Assembly (NCBI GenBank): GCA_965204545.1 | Contig: CBDBFA010000003.1 | Coordinates: 2,658,357-2,690,356, forward strand | Origin: Opitutales bacterium | GTDB lineage: Bacteria > Verrucomicrobiota > Verrucomicrobiia > Opitutales > UBA2995 | Direction of reading: 5' to 3' | Length of the DNA stretch: 32,000 nt | In this document: positions 15,656-24,073 of the stretch, one piece after another | Layout: every line of letters starts with the position of its first letter | How positions within the stretch are numbered: position 1 is the first letter of the stretch | The notes under the pieces: generated by a model | Databases searched by the model: none | The model's input: the letters and a program-made list of their open reading frames with translations, nothing else | Told to the model about the DNA's origin: nothing | Program-made: the position numbers and the translations under genes

Positions 15656-16804
15656 ATGAACCCATTGATCTTACAACAACCCAAGCGCCTCATTTTTGGT
15701 CCTGGCTGTGTGTCCGGGGCGGTTGATGAACTAAATGCTGCTTCCAGGAAAAGAGTATTCGTAATAACGAGCGAGGGAGTACCCGCTGAAATGGCGAAAG
15801 CCCAAATGGAAACCTGGAAAGCAGAGGGGTTGGAAGTCGGGATGTTCGTCGGAACGGACCGGGAACCGGACCTGACTGATTTCTACCAGGCGCTTCAGGC
15901 GGTCCAAGCCTATGAACCCGATGCAATTGTCGGGTTTGGTGGAGGAAGCGCCCTGGATGTCGCCAAGCTGGTCGCCGCTCTCTGGAACGGCTCCCAAAAG
16001 GTTGAGGAGGTATTCGGAATCGGGCTGGTCAATGGCCGGGAAACATACCTGGCTTGCATACCGACTACCGCGGGCACCGGAGCCGATGTTTCTCCGAATT
16101 CAATCATTCTGGATGAAGGCGATAAGTTGAAAAAAGGGGTGGTCAGTCCGCACCTGGTTCCGGATGCCTCCTTCGTGGATCCGGAACTCACCCTGAGTCT
16201 GCCTCCTTCCATAACGGCTGCGACCGGTTACGATGCCCTGGTGCATTGCATGGAAGCCTATGCCAACTTGCATTCTCACCCGGTGGTAGACGCCATCGCC
16301 TTGGAAGGCATTCGCCAGATTGGAGGGGGCCTTGAAAGGGCGGTTGAAAACGGTTCGGACCTGGAGGCCAGGACCCAGGTCATGCACGGGGCCATGAACG
16401 GAGGCCTCTGTCTGGGACCCGTCAATACGGCTGCCGTTCATGCCCTGGCCTATCCCTTGGGGGGCGCTTATCACGTAGCTCACGGGGTTTCCAATTCATT
16501 ACTGACCCCAGCTGTTTTTCGATTCAATTTGACGGCAGCTCTCGACCGCTACGCCGGGATCGCCAGGGCGCTGGGAGTTGGGAAGGGAGAACCCGATGAG
16601 GTAGCTGCTGAAAAGGGATTGGCCCGGCTCGAGGAACTTTCCCGGAACTGTGGTATTCCGCAAAGGATGCGCGATTTCGGGGTTCCCGAGGAAGCCATCC
16701 CCACCTTGGCCGGGGAATCCATGAAAGTTACCCGGTTGTTGCGGAACAATCCGCGTCGACTATCGGCTGCAGACGCGGAATTCATTTACCGAGAGGCATG
16801 GTAA
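15656..16804 (+). CDS. Iron-containing (group III) alcohol dehydrogenase, lactaldehyde/propanediol oxidoreductase-like
   Basis: ATG 15656 lies 1 nt after the sulfatase TGA (15652-15654). The GGGSALDVAKLVA motif, the metal-site histidine region (ALVHCMEAY, HALAYPLGGAYHVAHG) and a length of 382 aa all fit the Fe-ADH family. The upstream part of track ORF 15407.. overlaps the sulfatase and is rejected. Confidence 0.8.
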   Translation: MNPLILQQPKRLIFGPGCVSGAVDELNAASRKRVFVITSEGVPAEMAKAQMETWKAEGLEVGMFVGTDREPDLTDFYQALQAVQAYEPDAIVGFGGGSALDVAKLVAALWNGSQKVEEVFGIGLVNGRETYLACIPTTAGTGADVSPNSIILDEGDKLKKGVVSPHLVPDASFVDPELTLSLPPSITAATGYDALVHCMEAYANLHSHPVVDAIALEGIRQIGGGLERAVENGSDLEARTQVMHGAMNGGLCLGPVNTAAVHALAYPLGGAYHVAHGVSNSLLTPAVFRFNLTAALDRYAGIARALGVGKGEPDEVAAEKGLARLEELSRNCGIPQRMRDFGVPEEAIPTLAGESMKVTRLLRNNPRRLSAADAEFIYREAW

Positions 16805-16837
16805 ACGGAAACCACCTCCCTACTTCGGGTAAACCAT

Positions 16838-19243
16838 ATGAAACGCATTTTTTTTCTCGCCGCTTTGTTACTGTTTTCAGGTCCTGTGTCCAGGGCTGAG
16901 ACGGTGGCTCTATGGTTGTTTGACGAGCAGGAAGGCCTTTACCCCAGTTGTCCGCTCTCGGATGCCACCCCCCGAGGCCTGCACCTGATTCTGGGGCGAG
17001 GTGGATCCATCGTGCCGGGGAAGTTTGGCGGGGCTCTTGCCGGGGTCGAGCCGAAGGATTGGGATCCGGTTTACGAACCCTCAAGTGAGGAAACCTACAT
17101 CCGCTTCGGACTGAAGGCTCCGGAACTCCAACCGGGTCGCACGGTGGAACCTTTGACCTGGTTCAATAACCGCTTTGCCGCCCTGTTCACCAATGGGAAC
17201 GGCCACTTGCGGCGGCTCGAGTTTGAAAATGCCACCCGGACACCCCTTAATCTCGGGCCGGAGGACTGGACGGTAGAATTCTGGTTGCAGCTCGACGGAA
17301 AGTCCAATGGGGAGGGAGTGGTATTCGAAATTGGCAGCGGACCACGGGGAGAAAATGATCGGGTGACCCGGCTTTCGGTCATACCGGAGAAGAATTTGCT
17401 CCGTTTCCATAACCATACAGGTAGTGCTACGGTGGAATTTCGCTCCAAGGAAGCTATGGCAAAGGGTTGGAATCACTATGCCCTCACCCATGGCAAAGGC
17501 CGGCTGATCTGGTATCTCAACGGGGAAGCGGTGGCGGAAGCAACGGCCCGGGTGAAGGCGCTGCCCTTTGGGGAAGAGGCCTACTTTACCGTGGCCCGGG
17601 ACGGACTTTGGAACCGACCCCTAACCGCCGCAATCGATGAATTGCGCTTTTCCGACAGTGTCGATTATACCGGGTCTTTTGCTCTTCCCGACAGTTACTC
17701 GCGCCTGCACCGGGCAGGCCGGAAGCCTTATGCCTTGAAGAAGGGAGGGGAACTCCTCTATCCGGGAAACAAAGCTCCTTCCGGAGTGGTGGAAATGGGG
17801 ACCCGCAAGCATCTCTTTCTCGATGACGTCCTTCTGGCCGAGAATGAGGGGGTGCGGCTGATCCCGCATCCGGCCCGATTGGAAGAAATTGTCCTGGATA
17901 GGGGAATCGGTTGGTCCACAGTGATCGAGGGTGAAGACGGACTCATCCGGCTTTACGGTGAAGGCGCGGGTGGCGTCGCCGTTTGGACCTCGCGGGATGG
18001 ACTTCATTTCGAAGCCCCGGATTTGGGAAGTGGCCGGGCCAACCAGGTCATTCCCGGACCGGCCAAAGCCGGTTCCGTTATCATCGATCCGAATGGTCCG
18101 CCCGAGGAACGGTGGAAAGCGCTGGTAGGGTTGCACGACCGGGGAGGCTGGTATATCTGGACGTCACCCGACGGGTGGTCTTTCCAACGCAGTGAAACGG
18201 CCGCGCTTCCCTTCTGGCCCGGGTCGGCTTCGACCCTGTATTACGATGACCAGCGGCAAGTGTATCTGGGGCATCATCGGTCCGATTACGGTTCGACTCC
18301 CTCCGGGAAGACCGAGCGGTATTTTGTGCGGACGGAAGTCACGGACCTTTTCGGGGCTTGGGAATTTGAGCCGACGACGCGGGAAAAGGCATTGCGAATC
18401 CACCGGGACCGGCCCCTGAAAGTGGAGCAGTGGGATCCCTGGTGGTTGGACAATGGGCCGTTGGCCCCTCCGGGATTCGGTATCGAGTTTCCCATCGCCA
18501 TGGGCCCGGATCCGGATCTGGATCCGGTGGCGACCGATCTCTACAACACCCGGGCCATAAAATACCCATGGGCTGAAGACACCTACCTGGCCTTTCCTCT
18601 GTGGTTTTTCCATTACCATGGAGACGGACCGCCCACTCGGCAGATACTGGCCCACCCCAGCCGGGAAATGGGTACCGGCATGGTGGAACCGCAGTTGGCG
18701 GTCAGCCGCGATGGATTGAAATGGAAACGGTATCCGCGGCCGGCCTACCTGCCCATCGGAGACCATAAGGGTTTTCCGGTGAGGCGGCCTTATCTGGCCC
18801 ATGGCATGGTCAGGCGGGGAAATGAAATTTTCCAGTATTCCTACACGCGAGCCTCCTATCACGATGCCTGGACCGATACCGCGCCCAGCCCGGTTACCCA
18901 TCGGCTGACCCAGCGATTGGACGGGTTTGTTTCCCTGCGCACCCCATATACCGGAGGCAGCCTCACCACTTTGCCCCTTACCTTTACAGGAAACCGTTTG
19001 GTTTTGAACATCGACACCGGGGCCGCTGGTTACGCCCAGGTGGGTATCCTCGATGAAGGAGGAATCGCCCTACCGGGTTACGCATTGGAGGATTGTATCT
19101 ACATCAATACCAATTCGGTAGCCCACACCGTGGAGTGGTTGGAAAAGGGCACGGACCTCACCGCCCTGGCTGGAAAAACGGTTCGGCTGGTTTTCCGCAT
19201 GCGGGGCACGGATCTCTACGCCATGCAATTTTTGGAGGATTAG
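16838..19243 (+). CDS. Secreted LamG/concanavalin-like domain + Asp-box beta-propeller + C-terminal beta-sandwich protein (paralog 1; candidate glycoside hydrolase of unassigned family)
   Basis: 801 aa with signal MKRIFFLAALLLFSGPVSRA. The LamG-type region has WTVEFWL...GEGVVFEIGSGPRGEND...IDELRFS. S-x-D-G-x-x-W/F boxes are present (TSRDGLHFE, TSPDGWSFQ, VSRDGLKWK), as is IIDPNGPPE. The C-terminal sandwich reads QRLDGFVS...LTFTGNRLVLNIDT...VRLVFRMRGTDLYAMQF. Confidence 0.6.
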   Translation: MKRIFFLAALLLFSGPVSRAETVALWLFDEQEGLYPSCPLSDATPRGLHLILGRGGSIVPGKFGGALAGVEPKDWDPVYEPSSEETYIRFGLKAPELQPGRTVEPLTWFNNRFAALFTNGNGHLRRLEFENATRTPLNLGPEDWTVEFWLQLDGKSNGEGVVFEIGSGPRGENDRVTRLSVIPEKNLLRFHNHTGSATVEFRSKEAMAKGWNHYALTHGKGRLIWYLNGEAVAEATARVKALPFGEEAYFTVARDGLWNRPLTAAIDELRFSDSVDYTGSFALPDSYSRLHRAGRKPYALKKGGELLYPGNKAPSGVVEMGTRKHLFLDDVLLAENEGVRLIPHPARLEEIVLDRGIGWSTVIEGEDGLIRLYGEGAGGVAVWTSRDGLHFEAPDLGSGRANQVIPGPAKAGSVIIDPNGPPEERWKALVGLHDRGGWYIWTSPDGWSFQRSETAALPFWPGSASTLYYDDQRQVYLGHHRSDYGSTPSGKTERYFVRTEVTDLFGAWEFEPTTREKALRIHRDRPLKVEQWDPWWLDNGPLAPPGFGIEFPIAMGPDPDLDPVATDLYNTRAIKYPWAEDTYLAFPLWFFHYHGDGPPTRQILAHPSREMGTGMVEPQLAVSRDGLKWKRYPRPAYLPIGDHKGFPVRRPYLAHGMVRRGNEIFQYSYTRASYHDAWTDTAPSPVTHRLTQRLDGFVSLRTPYTGGSLTTLPLTFTGNRLVLNIDTGAAGYAQVGILDEGGIALPGYALEDCIYINTNSVAHTVEWLEKGTDLTALAGKTVRLVFRMRGTDLYAMQFLED

Positions 19244-19306
19244 GCACAAAGGCACAAAGGCACAAAGGCACAAAGGCACAAAGGCACAAAGGCACAAAGG
19301 CACAAA
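19243..19306 (+). repeat. 8-bp microsatellite (GGCACAAA)x8
   Basis: Eight perfect units. The first G is the last base of the TAG stop (19241-19243) of paralog 1. The array abuts the GTG of the four-helix-bundle remnant. Confidence 0.95.
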
Positions 19307-19360
19307 GTGAGCGGTGTTAGAGCATATCAAGATTTGATCGTTTGGCGAGAGTCCATTCCA
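19307..19360 (+). pseudogene. Truncated N-terminal remnant of a four-helix-bundle (23S rRNA IVS-protein family, TIGR02436-like) gene
   Basis: GTG AGC GGT GTT AGA GCA TAT CAA GAT TTG ATC GTT TGG CGA GAG translates to VSGVRAYQDLIVWRES. This matches the family's characteristic N-terminal Y(R/Q)DL(I/L)VWQK motif. No helical body follows. It is about 85% identical over ~52 bp to 24242-24292 (hand count). Confidence 0.55.
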
Positions 19361-19380
19361 GCATCTCATCTATGGTTCCT

Positions 19381-19424
19381 CACTCCACCATTCCATCATT
19401 CCCTCCTTCTCCTCCTCTCTCACC
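19381..19424 (-). repeat. Composite GGAGGAGAAGGAGGGA(A/G)TGATGGA(A/G)TGG module (reverse orientation)
   Basis: The reverse complement of 19381-19424 aligns with 29352-29382 over about 30 bp. It ends a few nt before the ATG of paralog 2. Confidence 0.8.
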
Positions 19425-19430
19425 GAAACG

Positions 19431-21941
19431 ATGAAGCATCATTTATTTAAAGTTTATGGGATCGCTTTGGGCCTGATTCATGGGGCAATTTGTTTTGTAT
19501 CCGCGGCGGAGACGGTGGCCTTGTGGCTTTTCGACGAGCCGGAGTGGCTGTATCCGAGCCACACTGTCGACTCCAGCGCCGGACTGGATGCGCCCATGGT
19601 CCTGGGGCTGGGGGGAACCTTGACTGCAGGTAAGTGGGGCCGCGCTTTGTCGACCGTTCCCCATCCCCCGGTAGAGATTCCCGAGACGGGTGAGGCCACC
19701 GCCTCTCTCACGCCATTGCCCATACCACCGGGTCGAACTCAGGTTCCTCTCACCTGGCACAACGCCGACTTTGCCGCGCTGATGACGGGGGGGGAACGCC
19801 ACCTGCGCAAACAGGTAGGTTTTGTCAATCCTACCGAGACCGATCTGAACCTGGGGGATTTCAATTGGACGGTGGAGTTTTGGCTGAAGGGGAATCCAAT
19901 CCGCCAGGGAGAGGGAGTCGTCTTCGAAATCGGGACGGGACCGAGAGGGGAGAACGACACCTATACCCGACTGACGGTCGATACAACTGAGGGCAGCTTT
20001 GGATTCCTAAATGCCTCATCCGGAAACGAGGTTTCCTTGGGGGATTCAACCAAGGCATTCCAGGACGGGCAGTGGCATCATTTCGTCCTGACGTTTGATT
20101 CCAGCCGGGATGTTCTGACCCTATTCTCCGATGGCGAGCGAGTGGATCGTAAGAAAATCGAACTGAAGCGACTGCCAAGCGGCGACGAATCTTACATGAG
20201 CGTAGGGCGAAATGGGTTCTGGGGGGATCCATTGCCGGGCATTTTGGACGAGTTGCGCTTTTCCAGGGGATTGGTTTACGAAGATGGATTCCAACCGCCG
20301 GGAAGCTTTGCTCCTTCCGTTCCCGAAGTTTCCCTGATGAAGGGACCGTCCCTTCGCTTCGGACCGGATTCTCCAAAATCCGGCAGGGTGGATCTCGGTG
20401 GATCAAAGCACGTTTTCTGGGACGATTCCCTCTTTGAATCCAGCCGGGGAATCACCTTCAATACCCATCAGCCCAAATACATAACCCGGGTGGTTGAAGG
20501 ATTACTGGGACAGGTCCGCAAGCACCTGACCGTTATTGAGGATGAGCAGGGAATAATCCGCATCTACCATGGGGTGGCGGACGACTACCTGGGCATTCGC
20601 ATTTCCCATGATGGAGTGAACTTTGTAGCTCCGGACACCGGTTACCATTGGAAGGGCGACAAGAATATCGTCATTCCCGAAGCGGCGCCACTGGGACGTC
20701 CCATTATCGATCCGAATGGACCGCCCGAGCACCGGTGGAAGTATGTCAGCGGCCTGGAAGGCCGGGGCGTTTACCTCTACACCTCCCCGGACGGTTGGAA
20801 ATGGCAGCGCCAGCGCACTGCGGTTCTACCTTTCCGTTCCGGCTCCCAATCCAGTTTGTTCTACGACGATCAGCGGCAATTGTATGTGGGTTATCACCGC
20901 ACCGGACATCCCATGACCCCGGGAGGGGGAACGAGCCGGCAGTTCGTCCTTTCCGAAACGGCCGATATCTACTCCCCATGGCCGGTCGATCCTCTTACCC
21001 AGAAGGAAGCACTCGAGATCGCGCAAACGCGACCGCTTCGATTGCCCATTCCCTGGTGGATGGACAACGGACCCCTTACGCCGGGCGACTTCAGCGTGGA
21101 AATGCCAACTGTATTCGCTCCGGACCTTTCAGTCGATCCCGGGGGGAGCGGGATCTATGTTCCCAAGGGCATGAAGTACCCTTGGGCCGAGGATGCTTAC
21201 ATCTCTTTTCCGGCCATGTATTATGATTACGAAGAGCCACATCAGCCGTTGAACCGGCGCATTCTTTATCACCCATCCTATGAGAAAGGTTCGGGAACCA
21301 TGGAATCGCATGTGGCGATAAGCCGCGACGGAGTCAAATGGAAGCGGTTCATGCGGCCGGCCTACATACCGATGGATCGCTATCAGGACCGCGACATCCA
21401 TCAGATTTACATGTCCGAGGGAATGATTCGGCGCGGCGATGAAATCTGGCAGTACTTCTACGGGCAGGAGGAGTATCATTCCCCGGCCGTCCGCAACAAG
21501 GCCGGCAACGGAATTTATCGGGCGGTGCAGCGTCTGGATGGTTTTGTCTCGGCCGACACTCCTTACGACCAGGAAGTAACCGTGGTGACCCGTCCTCTAA
21601 CCTTTGATGGGAACCGGCTGGAGCTGAATATCGATACCCGCGCCCTCGGGTATTGCCTGGTTGGAATCCTGGATGAAGAAGGAAAGACCATTCCCGGATA
21701 TGAGGCCGAGAACTGCATCTGGATCAACGGCAACTTTATCCGGCATGAGGTGGAATGGTTGAACCCTGAGGCCGACCTCCGCGGGCTGATCAGGTTGAGG
21801 GCCAATCAAATGCGGCATTCCACCCTCAGCCTCGAGGGAATAACCAAGTCCGACTTGGGACACCTTGCCGGAAAAACCATTCGCCTGCAGTTCAAGATGC
21901 GTGGAGCCAGCCTCTACGCCATGCAGTTTGTGGAAGATTAA
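19431..21941 (+). CDS. Secreted LamG-like + Asp-box beta-propeller + beta-sandwich protein (paralog 2)
   Basis: 836 aa, collinear with 16838-19243. Shared blocks: AETVALWLFDE, WTVEFWL, GEGVVFEIGTGPRGEND, DELRFS, IIDPNGPPEHRWK, TSPDGWKWQR, YDDQRQLY, PWWMDNGPL, KYPWAEDAY, SRDGVKWKR, QRLDGFVS, LYAMQFVED. It carries an extra ~25-aa insertion near the C-terminus. Confidence 0.6.
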   Translation: MKHHLFKVYGIALGLIHGAICFVSAAETVALWLFDEPEWLYPSHTVDSSAGLDAPMVLGLGGTLTAGKWGRALSTVPHPPVEIPETGEATASLTPLPIPPGRTQVPLTWHNADFAALMTGGERHLRKQVGFVNPTETDLNLGDFNWTVEFWLKGNPIRQGEGVVFEIGTGPRGENDTYTRLTVDTTEGSFGFLNASSGNEVSLGDSTKAFQDGQWHHFVLTFDSSRDVLTLFSDGERVDRKKIELKRLPSGDESYMSVGRNGFWGDPLPGILDELRFSRGLVYEDGFQPPGSFAPSVPEVSLMKGPSLRFGPDSPKSGRVDLGGSKHVFWDDSLFESSRGITFNTHQPKYITRVVEGLLGQVRKHLTVIEDEQGIIRIYHGVADDYLGIRISHDGVNFVAPDTGYHWKGDKNIVIPEAAPLGRPIIDPNGPPEHRWKYVSGLEGRGVYLYTSPDGWKWQRQRTAVLPFRSGSQSSLFYDDQRQLYVGYHRTGHPMTPGGGTSRQFVLSETADIYSPWPVDPLTQKEALEIAQTRPLRLPIPWWMDNGPLTPGDFSVEMPTVFAPDLSVDPGGSGIYVPKGMKYPWAEDAYISFPAMYYDYEEPHQPLNRRILYHPSYEKGSGTMESHVAISRDGVKWKRFMRPAYIPMDRYQDRDIHQIYMSEGMIRRGDEIWQYFYGQEEYHSPAVRNKAGNGIYRAVQRLDGFVSADTPYDQEVTVVTRPLTFDGNRLELNIDTRALGYCLVGILDEEGKTIPGYEAENCIWINGNFIRHEVEWLNPEADLRGLIRLRANQMRHSTLSLEGITKSDLGHLAGKTIRLQFKMRGASLYAMQFVED

Positions 21942-22313
21942 CCACAGAGAGCACAGAGGACACAGAGTTGGGGAAGGGAAGGAGATAAACCACGGATTAC
22001 ACGGATAAACACGGATATGGCGCCTCTTGGCGTTCTTGTAGGTCTCTGCGAGAGCTAATCCAAAGACTCTCCAATCGACTTGGCTCAATTTGGTTTTTTC
22101 AGGCGCGGCAAGGATGCCGCTGCCCCACCGTTTACGTTTCGAAATGGTAGGGCTATCGCGTCCCCGCGATGCCGTAACCTACTTTGCGAGAGGCTTTTCT
22201 TAATTCGATCACGATCATGATCATGATCACTATAGACTTCAGCACCTTTATCCTTTAGTCTTTATCCTTCAGCCTTTCTAACTTCTCTGTGTCCTCGGTG
22301 TTTTCTGTGGTTA
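21940..22313. repeat. Intergenic mosaic H
   Basis: Modules: (T)AA+CCACAGAGAGCACAGAGGACACAGAG 21940-21967; CACGGAT array 21988-22016; half GGCGCC 22019-22024; degenerate reverse box 22024-22054; hairpin GCGGCA-agga-TGCCGC 22105-22120; GTAGG..ATCGCG-tccc-CGCGAT..CCTAC 22147-22182; reverse CTTTGCGAGAG 22182-22192; GATC block 22202-22230; CCTTCAGCC-type run 22236-22278; reverse CACAGAG array 22283-22313. Confidence 0.9.
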
Positions 22314-24073
22314 TTCTCTTTAGGCGCTTCGGAATCCTGGCGGTCTTGACGCTTCTTTTGCTTGGCCCGGCAGCTTATCCGCAGGGGAGCAAAGCGGGTG
22401 ATTCCAAGCCGCTGACGGTAGAGGAAATAAAAGCCATTGCGGAGAATTACGGGCAATTCGCTCCCGAGGATGCCTGGGTGGAGGATCCGGATTTCGCCTA
22501 TTACGGCAGCGAGAACGAATGGACCCGGCGGCAGTTTTCCGCGGTGAGGGCGGAAATGCTCTACAAGCGCCGGGGGCAACGGCAGATGTTGAAGATTCTG
22601 GAAGGGGACAAGGACGAAGCCATCGCTTTGGCCGAGTTTCGCCTGGATGAGGATGCCACCGACGCGGAGTCCTGGTTCATCCTGACGGTGGCCCATTCGG
22701 TAAGGGGGGAAGTCGGGAAAGCCATGGAGTACATGCGCAAGGCTTTGCAGAACGGTATGGAGTTTTCCCGCTTCCTGGCCGGTCCCCGGGATCTGTTAAA
22801 ATCCCTTACGGACTCGCCTGAATTTCAGGCTGTGGCCGAGGAAAAGGCAGTTGGGTTGATCCATGGGCCCATGTTGGGGTCGGTAACCAGTGAAGGAGCC
22901 CGTTTCTGGTTCAGGACCATGGAAGAGGATACTGTGGAGGTCCGCTGTTACGACCAAAGCGGGCGCTTGGCCGGCAAAGCCTCGGATCGAGCCGAGGCCG
23001 GGGCGGATTACACGGTTGTAGTGACGGTAGAAGCCCTGCAATCCGACACGCAGTACCGCTATGATGTGCTGGTGAACGGAACTCCTGTGCTGAGGGATGC
23101 CGGGCTCACCTTCCGCACCTACCCGGAGAGGGGCAGTTCGGGTTCATTCAAGATCGGTGTAGGGGGATGTGCCGGCTACACACCCAGGTATGAATACATG
23201 TGGTCCACCTTGGCGGCGCGGAATTTGGACGCCATGTTGTTGCTGGGAGACAACGTCTACATCAACATGCCGGAAATGCCGGGAACCTTTCACGGCTACA
23301 CTTACTACCGCCGGCAATCACAATCGGATTTCCGAAAACTTGGGCATACCACTGCCCTATACGCCATCTGGGACGATCACGATTCGGCCACGGACGATGT
23401 CTGGATGGGGCCGTATAGGGACAGGCCGGTCTGGAAGCAGCCCATGGTCGAAGTATTTCAGCGCAACTGGGTAAATCCGGGAGGAGGCGGGCCGGGTTGG
23501 CCGGGTTGTTGGTTCCAATTCTCCCTGGGTGACGTGGACATCTTCATGTTGGATGGCCGAACCTACCGGACCAATCCGCACAAGGAGGAAAAGACCATGC
23601 TGGGCCCCGTTCAGAAAGACTGGTTGTTGTCGGGTCTGAAAGCCTCCAAAGCTACCTTCAAGGTTATCGCCTCGCCGGTGGCCTGGGCTTCTGCAGCCAA
23701 ACCCGGTAGCAAAGATACCTGGAACGGGTTTATCGAGGAACGGGAAGAAATCTTCCGTTACCTCGGCCGGAACCGGATCGAGGGAGTGCTCCTCTTATCC
23801 GGGGACCGGCATCGAACCGACTTCTGGATAAACCCTCGGGAGGGGGATTATCCCCTCTACGAAATGAGCAGTTCCCGGCTGACCAACATCCATACGGCCG
23901 ACCTGATGCCTGGGGCTGTCTTCGGCTACAACGAGAAGCCCTCTTTCGGGATCCTGAATTTCCAAACCGGGCTGGATGACCCCGAAATGAGGTTCGAGAT
24001 TGTCAGCATCGACGACGAACTCATTTATGCGCATACGGTCAAGCTGAGCGAATTATCCTACCCGGATCCGTGA
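22289..24073 (+). CDS. PhoD-like metallophosphatase with Tat-type signal and ~190-aa helical N-terminal extension
   Basis: PhoD-type core: GPMLGSVTSEGARFWFRT, LLLGDNVYI, AIWDDHDSATDD, LLSGDRHRTDF. The N-terminus FRRFGILAVLTLLLLGPAA fits a twin-arginine signal. The start is uncertain among GTG 22289, 22298 and 22307, all of which lie inside the reverse CACAGAG repeat. Confidence 0.75.
   Translation: MSSVFSVVILFRRFGILAVLTLLLLGPAAYPQGSKAGDSKPLTVEEIKAIAENYGQFAPEDAWVEDPDFAYYGSENEWTRRQFSAVRAEMLYKRRGQRQMLKILEGDKDEAIALAEFRLDEDATDAESWFILTVAHSVRGEVGKAMEYMRKALQNGMEFSRFLAGPRDLLKSLTDSPEFQAVAEEKAVGLIHGPMLGSVTSEGARFWFRTMEEDTVEVRCYDQSGRLAGKASDRAEAGADYTVVVTVEALQSDTQYRYDVLVNGTPVLRDAGLTFRTYPERGSSGSFKIGVGGCAGYTPRYEYMWSTLAARNLDAMLLLGDNVYINMPEMPGTFHGYTYYRRQSQSDFRKLGHTTALYAIWDDHDSATDDVWMGPYRDRPVWKQPMVEVFQRNWVNPGGGGPGWPGCWFQFSLGDVDIFMLDGRTYRTNPHKEEKTMLGPVQKDWLLSGLKASKATFKVIASPVAWASAAKPGSKDTWNGFIEEREEIFRYLGRNRIEGVLLLSGDRHRTDFWINPREGDYPLYEMSSSRLTNIHTADLMPGAVFGYNEKPSFGILNFQTGLDDPEMRFEIVSIDDELIYAHTVKLSELSYPDP

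Noticed and set aside
19243-19306. Possible CRISPR arrays, given the many short tandem repeats (also 7161-7208, 24194-24241 and 3611-3640).
   Set aside because: The units are 7-9 bp and directly tandem with no spacers. No 24-48-bp repeat/spacer periodicity is present, and no cas genes are in the window.
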